DNA of 64,000 bases. It comes from Octopus vulgaris (taxonomy: Eukaryota). Of this stretch, positions 37,153 to 50,868 are shown in pieces. Each line of letters begins with the position of its first letter. Positions within the stretch are counted from its first letter, which is position 1. The DNA lies in contig OX597823.1 in NCBI GenBank assembly GCA_951406725.2, positions 77,066,001 through 77,130,000 of the forward strand, written 5' to 3'. The position numbers and the translations under genes are program-made. Below the pieces are notes generated by a model. It was not told the origin of the DNA. It searched no databases and worked only from the letters and a program-made list of their open reading frames with translations.

Positions 37153-38381
37153 TATACATTTCTTACTAACAAATGTGGGGTTGAAAAAATAAAGAACAAT
37201 TTAGAAGACAACTAGGCGTTTCTGTGAGACATCTTGGCTAGAATCTCATCCATAGAAGGAGCAATATTCCAAGTAGATGGATTAGTGAGGGAATGGTAAA
37301 GTAGAGAGATCCATACAATACATAGAAGAAACAAATAAGGAAGGCATAATATCATTTAGCTATAAGAAATGCTTGGTGCCAAGTACTCTTGGCAAGGACA
37401 GAACTGGAAAAGAAATTTGCCAATGTTCTTCAACAAGAGAATTAGAGGTGAGTGGTGTTCTGGATTGCAAAGCAGTGTGTCAGTGTAATTCAAGATGTTG
37501 TTGGAAGAAGTGTGAATGTAATGAGTGAGGCTTATTTTACTTCAGATGATGAGTAGAAGGAAGCTTGGAAAGTGTTTGCTAAATAAGGAGAATTCCTTGG
37601 AGAAAGAGGATCTAGTGAAGTAGACCCGGAAGAAGGACAAGCTGTTGAAACTGACAACTATAAAGTCAAAATTAAAGGAATGCAGGTAAGGGAAACAACC
37701 AGGCAATTAGTGCTAGAGTGCTGAGATGTTGAGATGTTGAGCATCTCCACCAAAGAAGCATATGCACTAATTAATCACATATTCAGTGAGATAGTTCAGG
37801 AAGAGGTCATACCCTATGTGGGATGTGGAGCAGTGTCATATAAACCATGGCAAAGAAAATAACAGATGATTTAGAAAGAAGCAATGCAATGAAAAAGACA
37901 TCAAACTGAATGATTAAATTAGGAAAGTAGCAGAAAGAGCTACAAAATAATCAACTAAGAAGGAAATTAGCTTGAATGAAATGCATTTGGGATAATTTAA
38001 AACCAACAAGACCTGGGAGAGGATGTCCTTCCCTCAGGGAAACATGATGTAATGCAACAAAATAAACCAGCATTACAGGTGAAACCCTGATCTGGAAGCC
38101 ACAAGTAAAGTAGAAGAGAGGATGTCTTGAAAACAAGTGGAGTGGAGGCTGATATAAAAAGGCAGGGATCTCACTGCAATGAAGTTAAGAAAAGCAGCCT
38201 GGATTCTAGAATAGTGGATAAAAGTGGCTTATGCTCCACAAGGGAAGAAGAATTTAAAAACTACAATACAGGGCAGCCATTTCTCCCTCCATATGACATA
38301 TCCTTGGTGTTCTATTGAACTAAGCATTGGAAGACTCTGAGAGTATCTATGACCACATAGGTTATATATAGGTGCCTAAAA

Positions 38382-38611
38382 AAGGCAGCGAGCTGGCAGA
38401 AACGTTAGCACGCCGGGCGAAATGCTTAGCGGTATTTCATCTGCCATTACGTTCTGAGTTCAAATTCCACTGAGGTCGACTTTACCTTTCATCCTTTCGG
38501 GATCAATAAATTAAGTACCAGTTACACACTGGGGTCGATGTAATCGACTTAATCCGTTTGTCTGTCCTTGTTTGTCCCCTCTGTGTTTAGCCCCTTGTGG
38601 GTAGTAAAGAA
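38382..38611 (+). mobile_element. SINE B monomer (tail type 1), near consensus, 25-bp TSD
   Basis: ataggttatatataggtgcctaaaa at 38357-38381 and 38612-38636. Confidence 0.92.
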
Positions 38612-39004
38612 ATAGGTTATATATAGGTGCCTAAAACAATAAGTGACAGTATGGTACATTCTACCAGGTTACACCCTCTGATGCAAATGACAGCTAAGAG
38701 GTATTTTTAGCTATAGTTTATACTGCCATTTTGCTGTTCCAAATATACTGCCTCAGGATATCTACTTTACAGACACTAAAAAAAATCTTCAAATGCAGGG
38801 AACTGAGAATGTGTTGCTCTCGTGTCTATGTTCTAATGGCTTTGATTGCATAAGAGAAATGAAAGATTCAACTTGAATACCAGAAATTCAAACTGCACCA
38901 AGCCACAACTTGGTTATCAATGAACAAGTCTGTCACTGTATTGAGCTTATAGCACAATGGGTGTCTAATATATTAGCAAATAAATAATGTACATGTACAT
39001 ACAA

Positions 39005-39036
39005 TATATGTGTGTGTGTATGCATATATATCTATA

Positions 39037-39102
<66 letters not shown>

Positions 39103-39214
39103 CATACATATATGTACATGTATGCAAATAAATAAATAATATATATATATATATGTTTACATACTACACATACACGTATATATGTATATATGTGTGTATT
39201 TATCTATCTATCCA

Positions 39215-39288
<74 letters not shown>

Positions 39289-39341
39289 GTGTGTGTGTAT
39301 ATATATGTATGAATGTATGTATATGTATGTATGTATGTATA

Positions 39342-39380
<39 letters not shown>

Positions 39381-39610
39381 GTACATGTATGCAAATAAAT
39401 AAGTATATATATATTTACATACTACACATGTGTATATGTGTATATATGTCTGTAGTTATCTATCTAACTATCTATCCAAGATACTTACTTATACATACAT
39501 GTACACACATGCATATATATGCATATATATATTCACATATACATACATATTTATATATGCATGCATATAAAGTGAGAGAATGTGAGAGAGAGGGTGTGAG
39601 AGTGTGACAT
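39005..39610. repeat. (TA)n/(TC)n/(TG)n microsatellite cluster
   Basis: Directly visible. Confidence 0.95.
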
Positions 39611-40954
39611 ACATAAATATACATACATGCCTAAAAGAGAGAAAGAGAAAGTTAGATGCATAAACAAAGAGAAGAGAAGCGAAGACAAACAGACAGACAG
39701 GCAGACAGACAGACAGAGACAGAAGCAGAGCATGTGATGGCTGGTGCAACGATCTCTACTCAACAAGCAAGAAGAACTGAAGAACAGCTTTCTCAATCTG
39801 CCGTATTCAGCTAGCACCATTATTAGAGAAAGGAAATTCAAACAAATACTTACATGGGGCTTTTCTTGGAATTATTTTAGCCTGATTTCACATTGAACTA
39901 GATACAATGGCCTCTAATGGTTGCAGTGCTCTGCAATTTCATTCACCCATATTATCTACAATGGCACCCTAATTGGAAAACATGGTTGCTACATGTATTA
40001 TCTAAAGACACCAAATCTCTTCTGGCTCTTGCTTTCTCTCTTTGTATCTTTATCTTTTCTCTTTTTCATATTCTTTTGTTTCTACCATTCTATTCTTTCC
40101 GAGATCAATTGGAACAAAAATAAAAACAAAAACGAAATAAAAAAAATAAATAATAAAAATTTCAAAAAAAAAAAAATTTCGTTTTCATTTCTTTTTTTTT
40201 AAATTTTATTTTTTTTTTTTATTTTTTTTTGTATGTCTTTCAATACAAACTCCAATGCAATGCAGAAGTGCAGTTCTATACACAACATAACCCTTCCAAT
40301 TCATTCTTCTCTTTTGTAGATTACGGCAATTGAACAAAACCCAAGCTCAGACCTCCATATCTTGATACCCCCGTATTTATTGGTTATTTTCTTTACATTT
40401 TTCATTCTTTACTTTCTTTCTGTATTTCCTTCGTTTTCTTGTTTTGTTTTGTTCCATTTTGCAAGAGCTAAATTACATTTCTCTACTACCACCTTTTAGC
40501 CAAATTTATCTCTAATAAATCATTTGTAATGAATGAAGCTCTCTTCATTATTGAATAACCAAACAATAAATGCTTTGTCAATACAGAGCTTTGCGTATTC
40601 ATCCCTCTGCTTAGATCTTCTTATCTCTTACTTAACATAAAAATTACAAACTCCAACTTTTACTTTATTCTTTCTTTCCTTCATTCCACATATTCTAACT
40701 TCCTTTTCTTTTCTTTATTTTTATTATTCAATCGATTTGTCTATTTTTTGTTACTTTTTTTATATATATATATTTCTCTTTACATTCAGAGCGTTGTCAT
40801 TAGTATTGTTGTAGTTGTGTAGTTAACATTATAAAATTGATGTTAGTATTCTTTGTATTGTACTTAACGGTGTCATTACTACATTTGTGGTTGTTGTAAC
40901 TATTGTTGGATTTAATGTTGTTTTTATTATTATTGATTGTCTTGTGGTTAGCAA

Positions 40955-41820
40955 TAATCCTTTCTGTATATGCACAAGACCTGAAATTTTGGCATGACTG
41001 GTACTTAATTTATCGACCCCAAAAAAGATGAAAGACAAAGTCAACTTCAGCAGGATTTGAACTCCGAATATAACAATGGTGCTAGCCATTTTGTTTAGCA
41101 TGCTAACGACTCTGCCTGATTGCTGCCTTAATATTAAAGAAAATAATTAGAACAGCAATCCTTTCTACTATAGGCACAAGGCCTCAAATTTTGTTGGGGA
41201 TGAGGACAGTTGATTATATTGGTCACCAGTATTTGACCGGTACTTATTTCATTGGCTCAGAAAGGATCAAAGGCAAAGTCAACCATGACAGAATTTGAAC
41301 CCAGAACATAAAGATGGTTGAAATGCTGCTAAGCATACTATTCAGTGTACTAAGGATTCTGCCTGATAATAATAATAATAACAACAACAATTACAACAAC
41401 GACGACGACAACAACAACAATAATAATAACAATAACAATAATAATAATAATCTCTTCTACTGTTGGCACAAGGCCTGAAATTTAGGGCAAGGGGTTAGTC
41501 AATTACATTAAACCCCGTGCATGACTGCAACGTATTTCATCGACCCCGAAAGGATGAAAAGCAGGGCCAACCTTGTTGGAAGTGGAATTTGAATTCAGAA
41601 AATAAGTAAGGACAAAATGCTGCAAAGCATATCTTTATCCAACCAGGCAAAATGCTTAGTGGCATTTCTTCCATTCTGAGTTCAAATTCTGCTGAGGTTG
41701 ATTTACTTTCCATCCTTTAGGGGTTGACAAAATAGGCACCAATTGATCACTGGGATCGCTGTAATCGACTTAAACTCTCCCCCAAAATTGCTGGCCTTGC
41801 ACCAAAATTTGAAATCAATA
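40955..41820. mobile_element. Cluster of four diverged SINE B copies (three -, one +)
   Basis: Core motif gaaaggcaaagtc/gaatttgaac repeated near 41030, 41270 and 41555, and reversed near 41700. Confidence 0.75.
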
Positions 41821-42225
41821 TTGATGTTGTTGTTACCGTTCGTTGTTGTTGTTGTTAGTGTTATTGTTACGACAGGTGCCATTTCCATTGCTGTTTCTAG
41901 TTCTGTTCCTGTTCATAAATACTATTGTGCTTCTTATCATTGTTAATGTTAGTTGTTGCCCTTTTGTTGTGGTTGCATTTTTATTACTGATGTTGTCACA
42001 ATTGTTATCATTGTACTTGTAGCCATTGTTATTATTAATGTTGAAAATGATGTTGTTGTAAGTATTGTTGTCGATGCTGGTGTTGTGGTGATAGTCGTTT
42101 CTGGTGTTATTGTTATAAGAACAATTGAAATAACTATTGTTTGTTTTTAGTATTGTTCTGTATGTTGCTGTTGTTTAATGTTATTGTTGCACCAGTGACT
42201 TCTTATCATTATTCATATTCATTTA

Positions 42226-42678
42226 GGTTAACGAACCGGCAGAGACGTGCAACCAAACGCATACCCTCCATCAGACACCTACCATATTCTGAGCGCCTTG
42301 TTTCCCTGGGCATGGATTCACTGAAGCTCCGGCGTTTGGCGACGGACTTGGTAAACACCCACAAAGTTATCAACCACCTCACCAACAACAACACTGAACA
42401 CCTTTTTGATCTCCATGTGTCTAACACACGTGGACATGCCTACAAAGTCAGAAAACAATACAGCTCCCATGACTTTCGGAAACATTTTTTCACGCTCAGA
42501 GTTGCTGAAGCATGGAATAAACTGCCTGCGTCAGTTGTTGACTGCCATGACACTGCATCTTTTAAGGCCCTCATGCTTTCCGAAATCCGCCGAAACTTCA
42601 CCTGATTATATATACACTTTAGATGAGTTGTAGTGCACCTGAGCACTGTACACAATTATTATTATTATTATTATTATT
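42226..42678 (+). mobile_element. 5'-truncated CR1-clade LINE with (ATT)n tail
   Basis: QRRATKRIPSIRHLPYSERLVSLGMDSLKLRR...TRGHAYK...FFTLRVAEAWNKLP, stop at 42605, tail at 42655-42678. Confidence 0.9.
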
Positions 42679-43006
42679 AGCATGCTGAGTGAAATGTTTA
42701 GTGGCTTTCATCCATCTTTACATTCTGAGTTCAAATTCAGCCAGAGATCAACTTTGCCTTTCATCCTTTCAAGGTTAACAAATCAAGTACCAGTTGAATA
42801 CTGGGGAGGGGGGTAATACAATTGACTTACCTCCACCTCCGAAATGGATGCTCTTGTGCTTATTATTATTATTATTATTATTATCATTATTACTTTTTTT
42901 TCTTCTTTCAAATTTGCTTCCATTTCTTGCCGAGTGTCTTCCAGACTCCTAGGGCAAAGAAACTCATTGGTAGGCCATTAAACCAAACTCAATAGTTCGT
43001 TCATCA

Positions 43007-43011
<5 letters not shown>

Positions 43012-43073
<62 letters not shown>

Positions 43074-43392
43074 TAGTCTTATTTTTAACACGTGCTTTCA
43101 CTGCACTACCGAGCACAGCTCTGGGTGCCTTGGGTATGTGCTGTGGTTTTTTGTGATGCACTTATTTTTACTGTATTGAAAGTGTTTTACATAGGGTGTA
43201 TGCAGTGCCTAGTAGTGTTATTTTCTGTATGTTATTTATACTTGTCAATCTTTGTGTTTTTCTTATTTATGTGTCTGAATTTTTTTTTATGATACCTAAT
43301 GTGCCTACTATGATAGGAATTCTTTCTGTTTTTAGACTCCACATTCGAGTTACCTCTATTTCCAGGTCTTGGTATTTTGAAAGTTTCTCTTT
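43012..43392 (-). mobile_element. R4/Dong-like (restriction-endonuclease) LINE 3' fragment with (AAT)n tail
   Basis: EKLSKYQDLEIEVTRMWSLKTERIPIIVGTLGII, the RLE C-terminal motif; a second (AAT)-tailed stub lies at 42861-43000. Confidence 0.85.
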
Positions 43393-43601
43393 GTCAGATT
43401 TTGGGTGGTGCATGGATGTGTTAGGATATTGACTATAGAACCACATTATGTATTCATATAGCACTAGGGAAAATGATAAATGAACAAACAAATTAGCAAA
43501 CATTGAATAGCAAACTCCATATCTATGATTTCAGGCTGGTAATAAAATACCATACTTCCATCAGTGGAAGTACATCAAAATTAGTAGATAATTACACGCA
43601 A

Positions 43602-43638
<37 letters not shown>

Positions 43639-43639
43639 A

Positions 43640-43795
43640 TTAATCCAAATATGAAAACACAACAACACGAGGACGTGGAACAAGTATAGTGTTATTGGAC
43701 GCTCAGGAAAGGAAAGAAAGAAGGAGGATTTAACGTTTTGAGCGGAGCACTTCGTTAGAAACATGGGAAAAGGAAAGATCCAAGGAAGGGAAAAT
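43640..43795 (-). mobile_element. Penelope-like 3' fragment with decayed minimal hammerhead (43729-43761)
   Basis: Reverse complement ttt CTaACGA a gtgc tcc gctc aAAA cgt t aaa; inserted in (TA)n. Confidence 0.6.
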
Positions 43796-43822
43796 GTGTA
43801 CATATATATATACACATATACA

Positions 43823-43858
<36 letters not shown>

Positions 43859-44609
43859 TATATGATGATGATGATATATATATATATACATACATACATA
43901 CATACTAGTATATATATATATACACACACACACATTCAGTGAACTTGCTAGCTACCTTATTATTACCTTCTTGATACTATTAATAATGCCAATAATTCTT
44001 CTTTATTTATATATACATATATACACACACACACACACACACAGATGACAGGTTTTGTACAGTTTCCATCAACTAGATTCACACCAGCTGGCCTTGCACT
44101 ATATTAGAAGACTTGCCCAAGGTGTCACACAGTGGAGCTGAACTTGAAACCACGTGATTATGAAGTAAACTTCTTAACCACACAGCCAGCCCCTCTCTCT
44201 CCCCGCATAGTCACGTCTACACCCTAACACATCCATGCCTACAGCTCCTGTTGTTAATATTGTTACTGATATTTTTATTGGTGTTTGTTTCTAATCACAT
44301 CAGTGTATCCATATCCATATATGTGTTTCTGGCTATAATTTTGTTGTTTTGTTCGAGTTGAGTTTCTTTGTTTTGCTTAACGTTTTTTTTTTTTTAATGC
44401 TTTTAGAAAGGAAAAAAAAAGATACGAAAAAAAAACACAGTTTTGTTTGTTTTTGTATTGTTTCTCCTTTTTTTATTTGCTTTGTTTGTCTGTTGTTTCA
44501 TTTTGTCTTGATAACATTGTGCATTAACCGTATTTATTCCGATAACATCGAGCATTCTAACTCCTGCTGCTGATATCGGTTATCATCACTGAAGCAAGCT
44601 TTGATGCTG

Positions 44610-45319
44610 CTACTACTGGTGATGGCAATGATGATGATGACGACTACAATGGTAGTTGTGGTGGGGTTGGTGGTGGTGATTGTGGTGGTGGTGGTGGTGT
44701 TGGGGTGATAATGATGATGATGATGAGGAGGTGGTGGAAAATGAAAATGATGATGTCGATGATAACAAAAATGATGATAACTATGATGATGGTCATGGTG
44801 ATAGTGGTGATAACGAGACCGAAGACGACGACGACGATGATGATGATAATGATGGTGATGATGATGATGATGATGGTGGTGGTGAAGGTGATGATGATGA
44901 TGATGGTGGTGAAGGTGATGATGATGATGATGATGATGATGATAGTGATGATGGTGATGGTGATGGTGATGATGATGACGATAGTGACAACGATGACAAT
45001 GATGATGATGCTACTGATGACGATGACAACAGCAGCAGCCAACAGCGACAACAAAGATGACGATGACGACAACAAGAATGATGATGATGATTAAAACGGA
45101 AAGAGGATTAACAGTGCTGATCAGTAGAGTAAAATGAAATCTGAGAAAAATGATGGTAAGAATGATGATGATGATGATGATGTTGATGATGATGATGATG
45201 ACGATGACAATGACGATTACAACAATAACAACGAAGAGGAAGATGATGAGGAGAATGTCTGTGTCAGAAGTTGTGATGGTATCAGAACTGATATCAGCCT
45301 TTTGATAATGATGCCAGCT

Positions 45320-45352
<33 letters not shown>

Positions 45353-46345
45353 ATTTTGGTGGTAGTGTTAGTGGTGGTGATGGTGGTGGTGGTGGTGGTG
45401 GCAGTGGTAGCAGCAGCATCAGCAGTAGTAGTAGTGGTAGCAGCAATTGTGGTGGTAATGGTGGTGGTGGTGGTTGTGCTGGTGGTAGTAGTAGTAGTAG
45501 TAATAGCAGTAGTACGACTACAACCAATAATTAACAATAATTATGATAGGGGTAAGAATTCATGACAATTTAGACACTGATGTAAATGATAATAATCAAA
45601 TTAATATCATTAATAATAATAACAATAATTATAATGGCAATGGATGAAGACAGTGTAGGTGATAAGATTAATTATAATTATAATGATGAGACAAAGTTAA
45701 TGATGCTGACAATGATGATGATGATCCTCATCATCATAATAATAATCATGAAGACGCTGGTGCTGATGATAATGATGATGATAATGAAGATGCTGGTGAT
45801 GATGATGATGCTGATGATGATGATGATGATGATGATGGTGACCATGGTGATAGCAATGATCATGACAACAATGATGATGGTGATGATGATGATGATAATG
45901 GTAGTGGTGGTGCTGGTGGCATCGGCAGCGGTGAAGTTGATGATGATGATGATGATGATAGTGACAATTACTGATGATGATAATGACAGCAACAATGACA
46001 ACAACTACAACTATAACAACGGTGACGATGATGATGATGATGATGTGATGTTGATGATGATGGTGATGGTGGTGGTTGTGGTGGTGGTGGTGATGGTGAT
46101 GATGATAACGATGATGGTGATGATGATGATGATGATGACGACGGTGATGATGATGATGATGGTGATGACGATGACGATGACGATGACGATGATGGTGATG
46201 GTGATAACAGTGGTGGTGGTGGTGGTGGTGATGGTGATGATGATTATATTGGTAATGAAAATGGGAATATAACACATTGTGAATTGTGATATTTTGATCA
46301 AGGTAACAACAACAACAACAACAACAACAGTAACAGCAAAAACAA
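44610..46345. repeat. ~1.7-kb compound trinucleotide array (GAT/GGT/GTA/AAT/AAC)
   Basis: Directly visible. Confidence 0.95.
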
Positions 46346-47087
46346 CAACAACTGCAGAATGACAACGAGTATGCTGTCATTGTCACTGATCAGGATAATA
46401 ATGTTTAGTGAATGTTCGAAATAATGTTCGAACATAGTCTGTTTTGCTTTAGATTTTGTTTTGGTTTTTTTTTTTGGTTTTTTTTAGTGTTTATGTTTTT
46501 ATATTTGTTTTTATTGTTTTTCATTTTTGTTATTATTTTTTTTTTTTGTATCGCTATGATGAAAGTACACTCAACATGAATGCTAAAAGCTATATCGTCT
46601 TAAAGAAAGCAACCTGTGGAAGTCTGAAGCACTGGTATACAGATCATTAAGTACAGTGCAACCTCACTCACCCACTTTCTCATCCATATCCATCCACCAC
46701 TGCAAGAAGAAAAAAAAAAGAAAACAATAACATCACCGCCATCGTCACCACCACCACCACCACCACCATCACTGCCACTGCCACTGCCACTGCTACCACC
46801 GCCAGCAACACCATTAATAAAAAAAAAAATATTGGTTGTAAACAAAGCAGGAAACACTAGAGATTTCCAGAAGATGTTGAAACACGGTAAAATGGAATTC
46901 TTTTAGTATTTATTTACTGAAGGTTCAAACGACATGTTAACTGGAATTTTGAAACAGCTACGCACACTTGCTAAAAACCCTTGAGATAAAGAGAGAAAGA
47001 GAGAGAGAGAGAGAAAGAAAGAAAGAAAGTGTGGGAGAATGTGCACACATGAATGTGCATGTATACATGCCAATATGTGTTTGCTAT

Positions 47088-48412
47088 TAAGGTGGCAAGC
47101 TGGCAGAAATGTTAGCATGCTGGGCGAAATACTTAGTGGTATTTTGTCTGCTGTTACATTCCGAGTTCAAATTCCGGTAAGGTTGACTTCACCTTTCATC
47201 CTTTCGGGGTTGATAAATTAAGTACCAGTTACGCACTGGGATCGATATAATCGACTTAATCCGCTTGTCTGTTCTTGCTTGTCCCCTCTATGTTTAGCCC
47301 CTTGTGGGCAATAAAGAAATAAGAAATGTTAACTCGCTGGACAAAATACTTAATGGTATTTCGTCTGCTGCTATATTCTGAGTTCAAATTCCCCTCTGTG
47401 TGTAGCCCCTTGTGGGCACTAAAGAAATAAGAAATGTTAGCATGCAAAATATTTAACAGTATTTCGTCTGTCTTTACCTTCTGAGTTCAAATTCTGTCAA
47501 AGTCGACTTTGTCTTTCATCCTTTCAAAGTCGATAAATTAAGTACCAGTTGCCTTGTGCCTAGAGTAGAAAAGAATATAGGCATGCTAGGGATTCTGTAT
47601 GTTATTTTTTCCAATTTTTTTAAGGCGGCAAGCTGGCAGAATTGTTAGCATGCCAGGCGAAATGCTTACCAGTATTTCGTCTGCCACTACGTTCTGAGTT
47701 CAAATTCTGCCGAGGCCAACTTTGCCTTTCATCCTTTCGGGGTCGATTAAATAAGTACCAGTTACACACTGGGGTCGATGTAATCGATTTAATCCGTTTG
47801 TCTGTCCTTGTTTGTCCCCTCTGTGTGTAGCCCCTTGTGGGTAGTAAAGAAATAGGTATTTCATCTGCTGTTACATTCTGAGTTCAAATTCCATGAAGGT
47901 CGACTTTGCCTTACGTCTTTTTGGGGTCGATGAAATAATTACCAGTTACGCACTGGGATCTATGTAATCAACTTACCCCCACCCCACCTGCAAATTTCAG
48001 GCCTTGTGTCTATAATAGAAAAGATCTGGGAATTGAACTCACTACCTTATGATTGTGAGCTGTTGCTCTAACTACTGACACCAGGTAAAATGCTTTGTAG
48101 CATTTCATCTAGCTTTACTCTCTGAGCTCAAAATCTGCCAAGGTTTACTTTGCCTTTCATCACTATGAGGTCAATAACGTAAGTACCAGTTGAGCATTGA
48201 AGTCAATGTAATTGAGTTACCCCTCCCCCAAAATTGCTGGCTTTGTACCAAAATTTGAAACCAATATACCTTTGAGTAAAGCAGCAAGCTAGCAAAATCA
48301 TTACCCTGCTGGACAAAATGGTTAGAAGCACTTCTTCTGACTTTATTTTCTGAATTCAAAAGCCTCAGAGGAGGTCGACTTTACTTTACATTCTTTCAAG
48401 GGCAATAAAATA
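47088..48412 (+). mobile_element. Tandem, same-strand array of SINE B units and composites
   Basis: ctgagttcaaattc-type core repeated about 7 times (near 47165, 47380, 47482, 47696, 47878, 48122, 48351). Confidence 0.85.
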
Positions 48413-49381
48413 GCTGTGATAGTTGTAAACGAGTATCACTGTCATCCAAGTGGTGTCCTTTGCTTTCCATCTTCTGTCAAAATATTTCTAGTCATGGAGA
48501 AATAATAATCTTACATGGAAACAAATGAGGGTTGATAACAGGAAGAACATCCAACCATAGAAAAAAATCTTCCTCAATAAATTCCATGTGACCCCTACAA
48601 GCATGGAAAAGTAGAAGTTAAAACTGATGATGATGGTGGTGGTGGTGGTAGTGGTGGTGGTGGTGATAATGATGATGGGGATGATGGAAAATTGAGTGTA
48701 GATGTACCCACAAAATTGTACACACAATGCACCCATGCCACTAATAAAAACAAACAAATCCTTCATTTCTAATGTTAAAGAAAGATGAAGTTATTCTTGT
48801 TTGACTGCTCTTCTTCATAAGATTTCTAAATGTGGGCTGACTTATTGTTAAACAACTAAAATAACAAAATTACAATTCCTACCTCCTTAATCAAAAACTC
48901 CAACACTAAACATACTTAGGCAACAACATTGCTGTCACAGAGTAAAGATTTATAAATGTGTGTCTCTCTTAATATCTTCCATAGCAGTATCTCACCGATA
49001 TCTTCTCAGCAAAGAGAAGATTGAGTGACAGAAGACAGAGCAAGACAAGATTGGGATTAAATACAATGAGAGAAAAAGACTGTTGCAACACAATCTGTAC
49101 CAGATGAGAGTACAGGCTATTGTTGAAGTTGATTTATTTTAGCCCTTGGTCAACCCTGATCTACCACACATATTATGAAAGACGTTCCAGTTATGATGAT
49201 TATAACACATCCCTCATTAAGCTCCAAATTCACAAGTTTGCTCCTAAATTTTGCTTTTCTGACCCTCAAGTTCAATCACATCACACACCAAATATACTCC
49301 AGTTGCCCCACTTCAATCACCAGAAAGTTACAATGCAGATTTCCTTATCCAAGATAAACGTTTTTCTTCATACTTCATATA

Positions 49382-49613
49382 TATTTCTTTACTGCCCACA
49401 AGGGGCTAAACATAGAGGGGACAAACAAGGACAGACAAAGGGATTAAGCCGATTACATCGACCCCAGTGCATAACTGGTACTTAATTTATCGACCCCGAA
49501 AGGATGAAAGGCAAAGTCGACCTCAGCGGAATTTGAACTCAGAACGTAACAACAGACGAAATGCCGATAAGCATTTCGCCCGACGTGCTAATGATTCTGC
49601 CAGCTTGCCGCCT
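49382..49613 (-). mobile_element. SINE B monomer with 16-bp TSD
   Basis: cttcatacttcatata at 49366-49381 and 49612-49627. Confidence 0.9.
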
Positions 49614-49935
49614 TCATACTTCATATAGTCATGAATGATTTGAGGGGAATTTAACTGCTATTGCTAGTAAATTGAACCAAATTGTTGTTGCTTTAGTAGT
49701 TATCATGTGATCTCAGTAATAAGCTGAATGATTAGACAGATGTGACGGTTTGTTAAGATGTTTGCTTCCCAACCACATGGTTCCAAGCTCAAACCAACTG
49801 GGTGGCACCTTGGGCAAATTTCTTCTACTATAGCCTTGGGATGACCAAAGCCTTGTAAGCGGTTTTCATACAAGTAAACTGAACAAAAAACGATTGTGTG
49901 CATGTGTGAGTATGATTATATATGCTTTTACTATA

Positions 49936-50868
49936 CATCATAATCATCGTTTAACGTCCACTTTCCATGCTAGCATGGGTTGGATGGTTCAACTGGGGTC
50001 TGGGAAGCCAGAAGGCTGCACCAGGCCAGTCAGATCTGGTGGTGTTTCTACAGCTGGATGCCCTTCCTAACGCCAACCACTCCGTGAGTGTAGTGGGTGC
50101 TTTTTATGTGCCACCGACACAGGTGCCAGACGAGGCTGGCGAACGGCCACGCTCGGATGGTGTTTTTTACGTGCCACCAGCATGGAGGCCAGTCGATGTG
50201 GTGCTGGCTACGGCCACGTTTGGATGGTTCTCTTATGTGTCACCGGCACTGGTACCACAAACTACAATTGCATTGATGTTGATCGATTTTGATTTTGATT
50301 TGATTCTTTGATTTTTACTTGCCTCAACAGGTCTTCACAAGTAGAGTTATGTTTCCCAAGAAGGAAGGTATGCACAGGTGGACTGACTACGTCCCAGGTA
50401 GGGGCCATGGGTTGTGGCCTCACTTGTCCTGCTGGGTCTTCTCACACACAGCATACTTCCAATGGTCTCGGTCTCTGGTCATTTCCTCGGTGAGACCTAA
50501 AGAGCAAAGGTCGTGTTTCACCACCTCATCCCAGGTTTTCCTCTTCCACAGGTTCCCTCAACCGCTAGAGTGTGGCACTTTTTCACACAACTATTTTCAT
50601 CCATTTTTACCACGTGTCCATACCAGCGTAGACGTCTCTCTTGCACGCCACATCTGATGCTTCTTAGGTCCAACTTTTCTCTCAAGGCACTTACACTCTG
50701 TCAGGTATGAACACTGACATTACACATCCATCGGCGCATACTGGCTTCATTTCTTGTGAGCTTACGCATATCCTCAGCAGTCACGGCCCATGTTTCACTG
50801 CCATATAGCATGGCTGTTCGTACACATGCATCATACAGTCTGCCTTTTACTCTGAGCGAGAGGCCTTT
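49936..50868 (-). mobile_element. 5'-truncated RTE LINE, same family as 33042-34040
   Basis: Minus frame KGLSLRVKGRLYDACVRTAMLYGSETWAV...; same UTR units. Confidence 0.9.

Noticed and set aside
46611-46650. aacctgtggaag...gatcatta resembling the 18S rRNA 3' end
   Set aside because: Two short split matches only, with no further rRNA similarity; likely chance.
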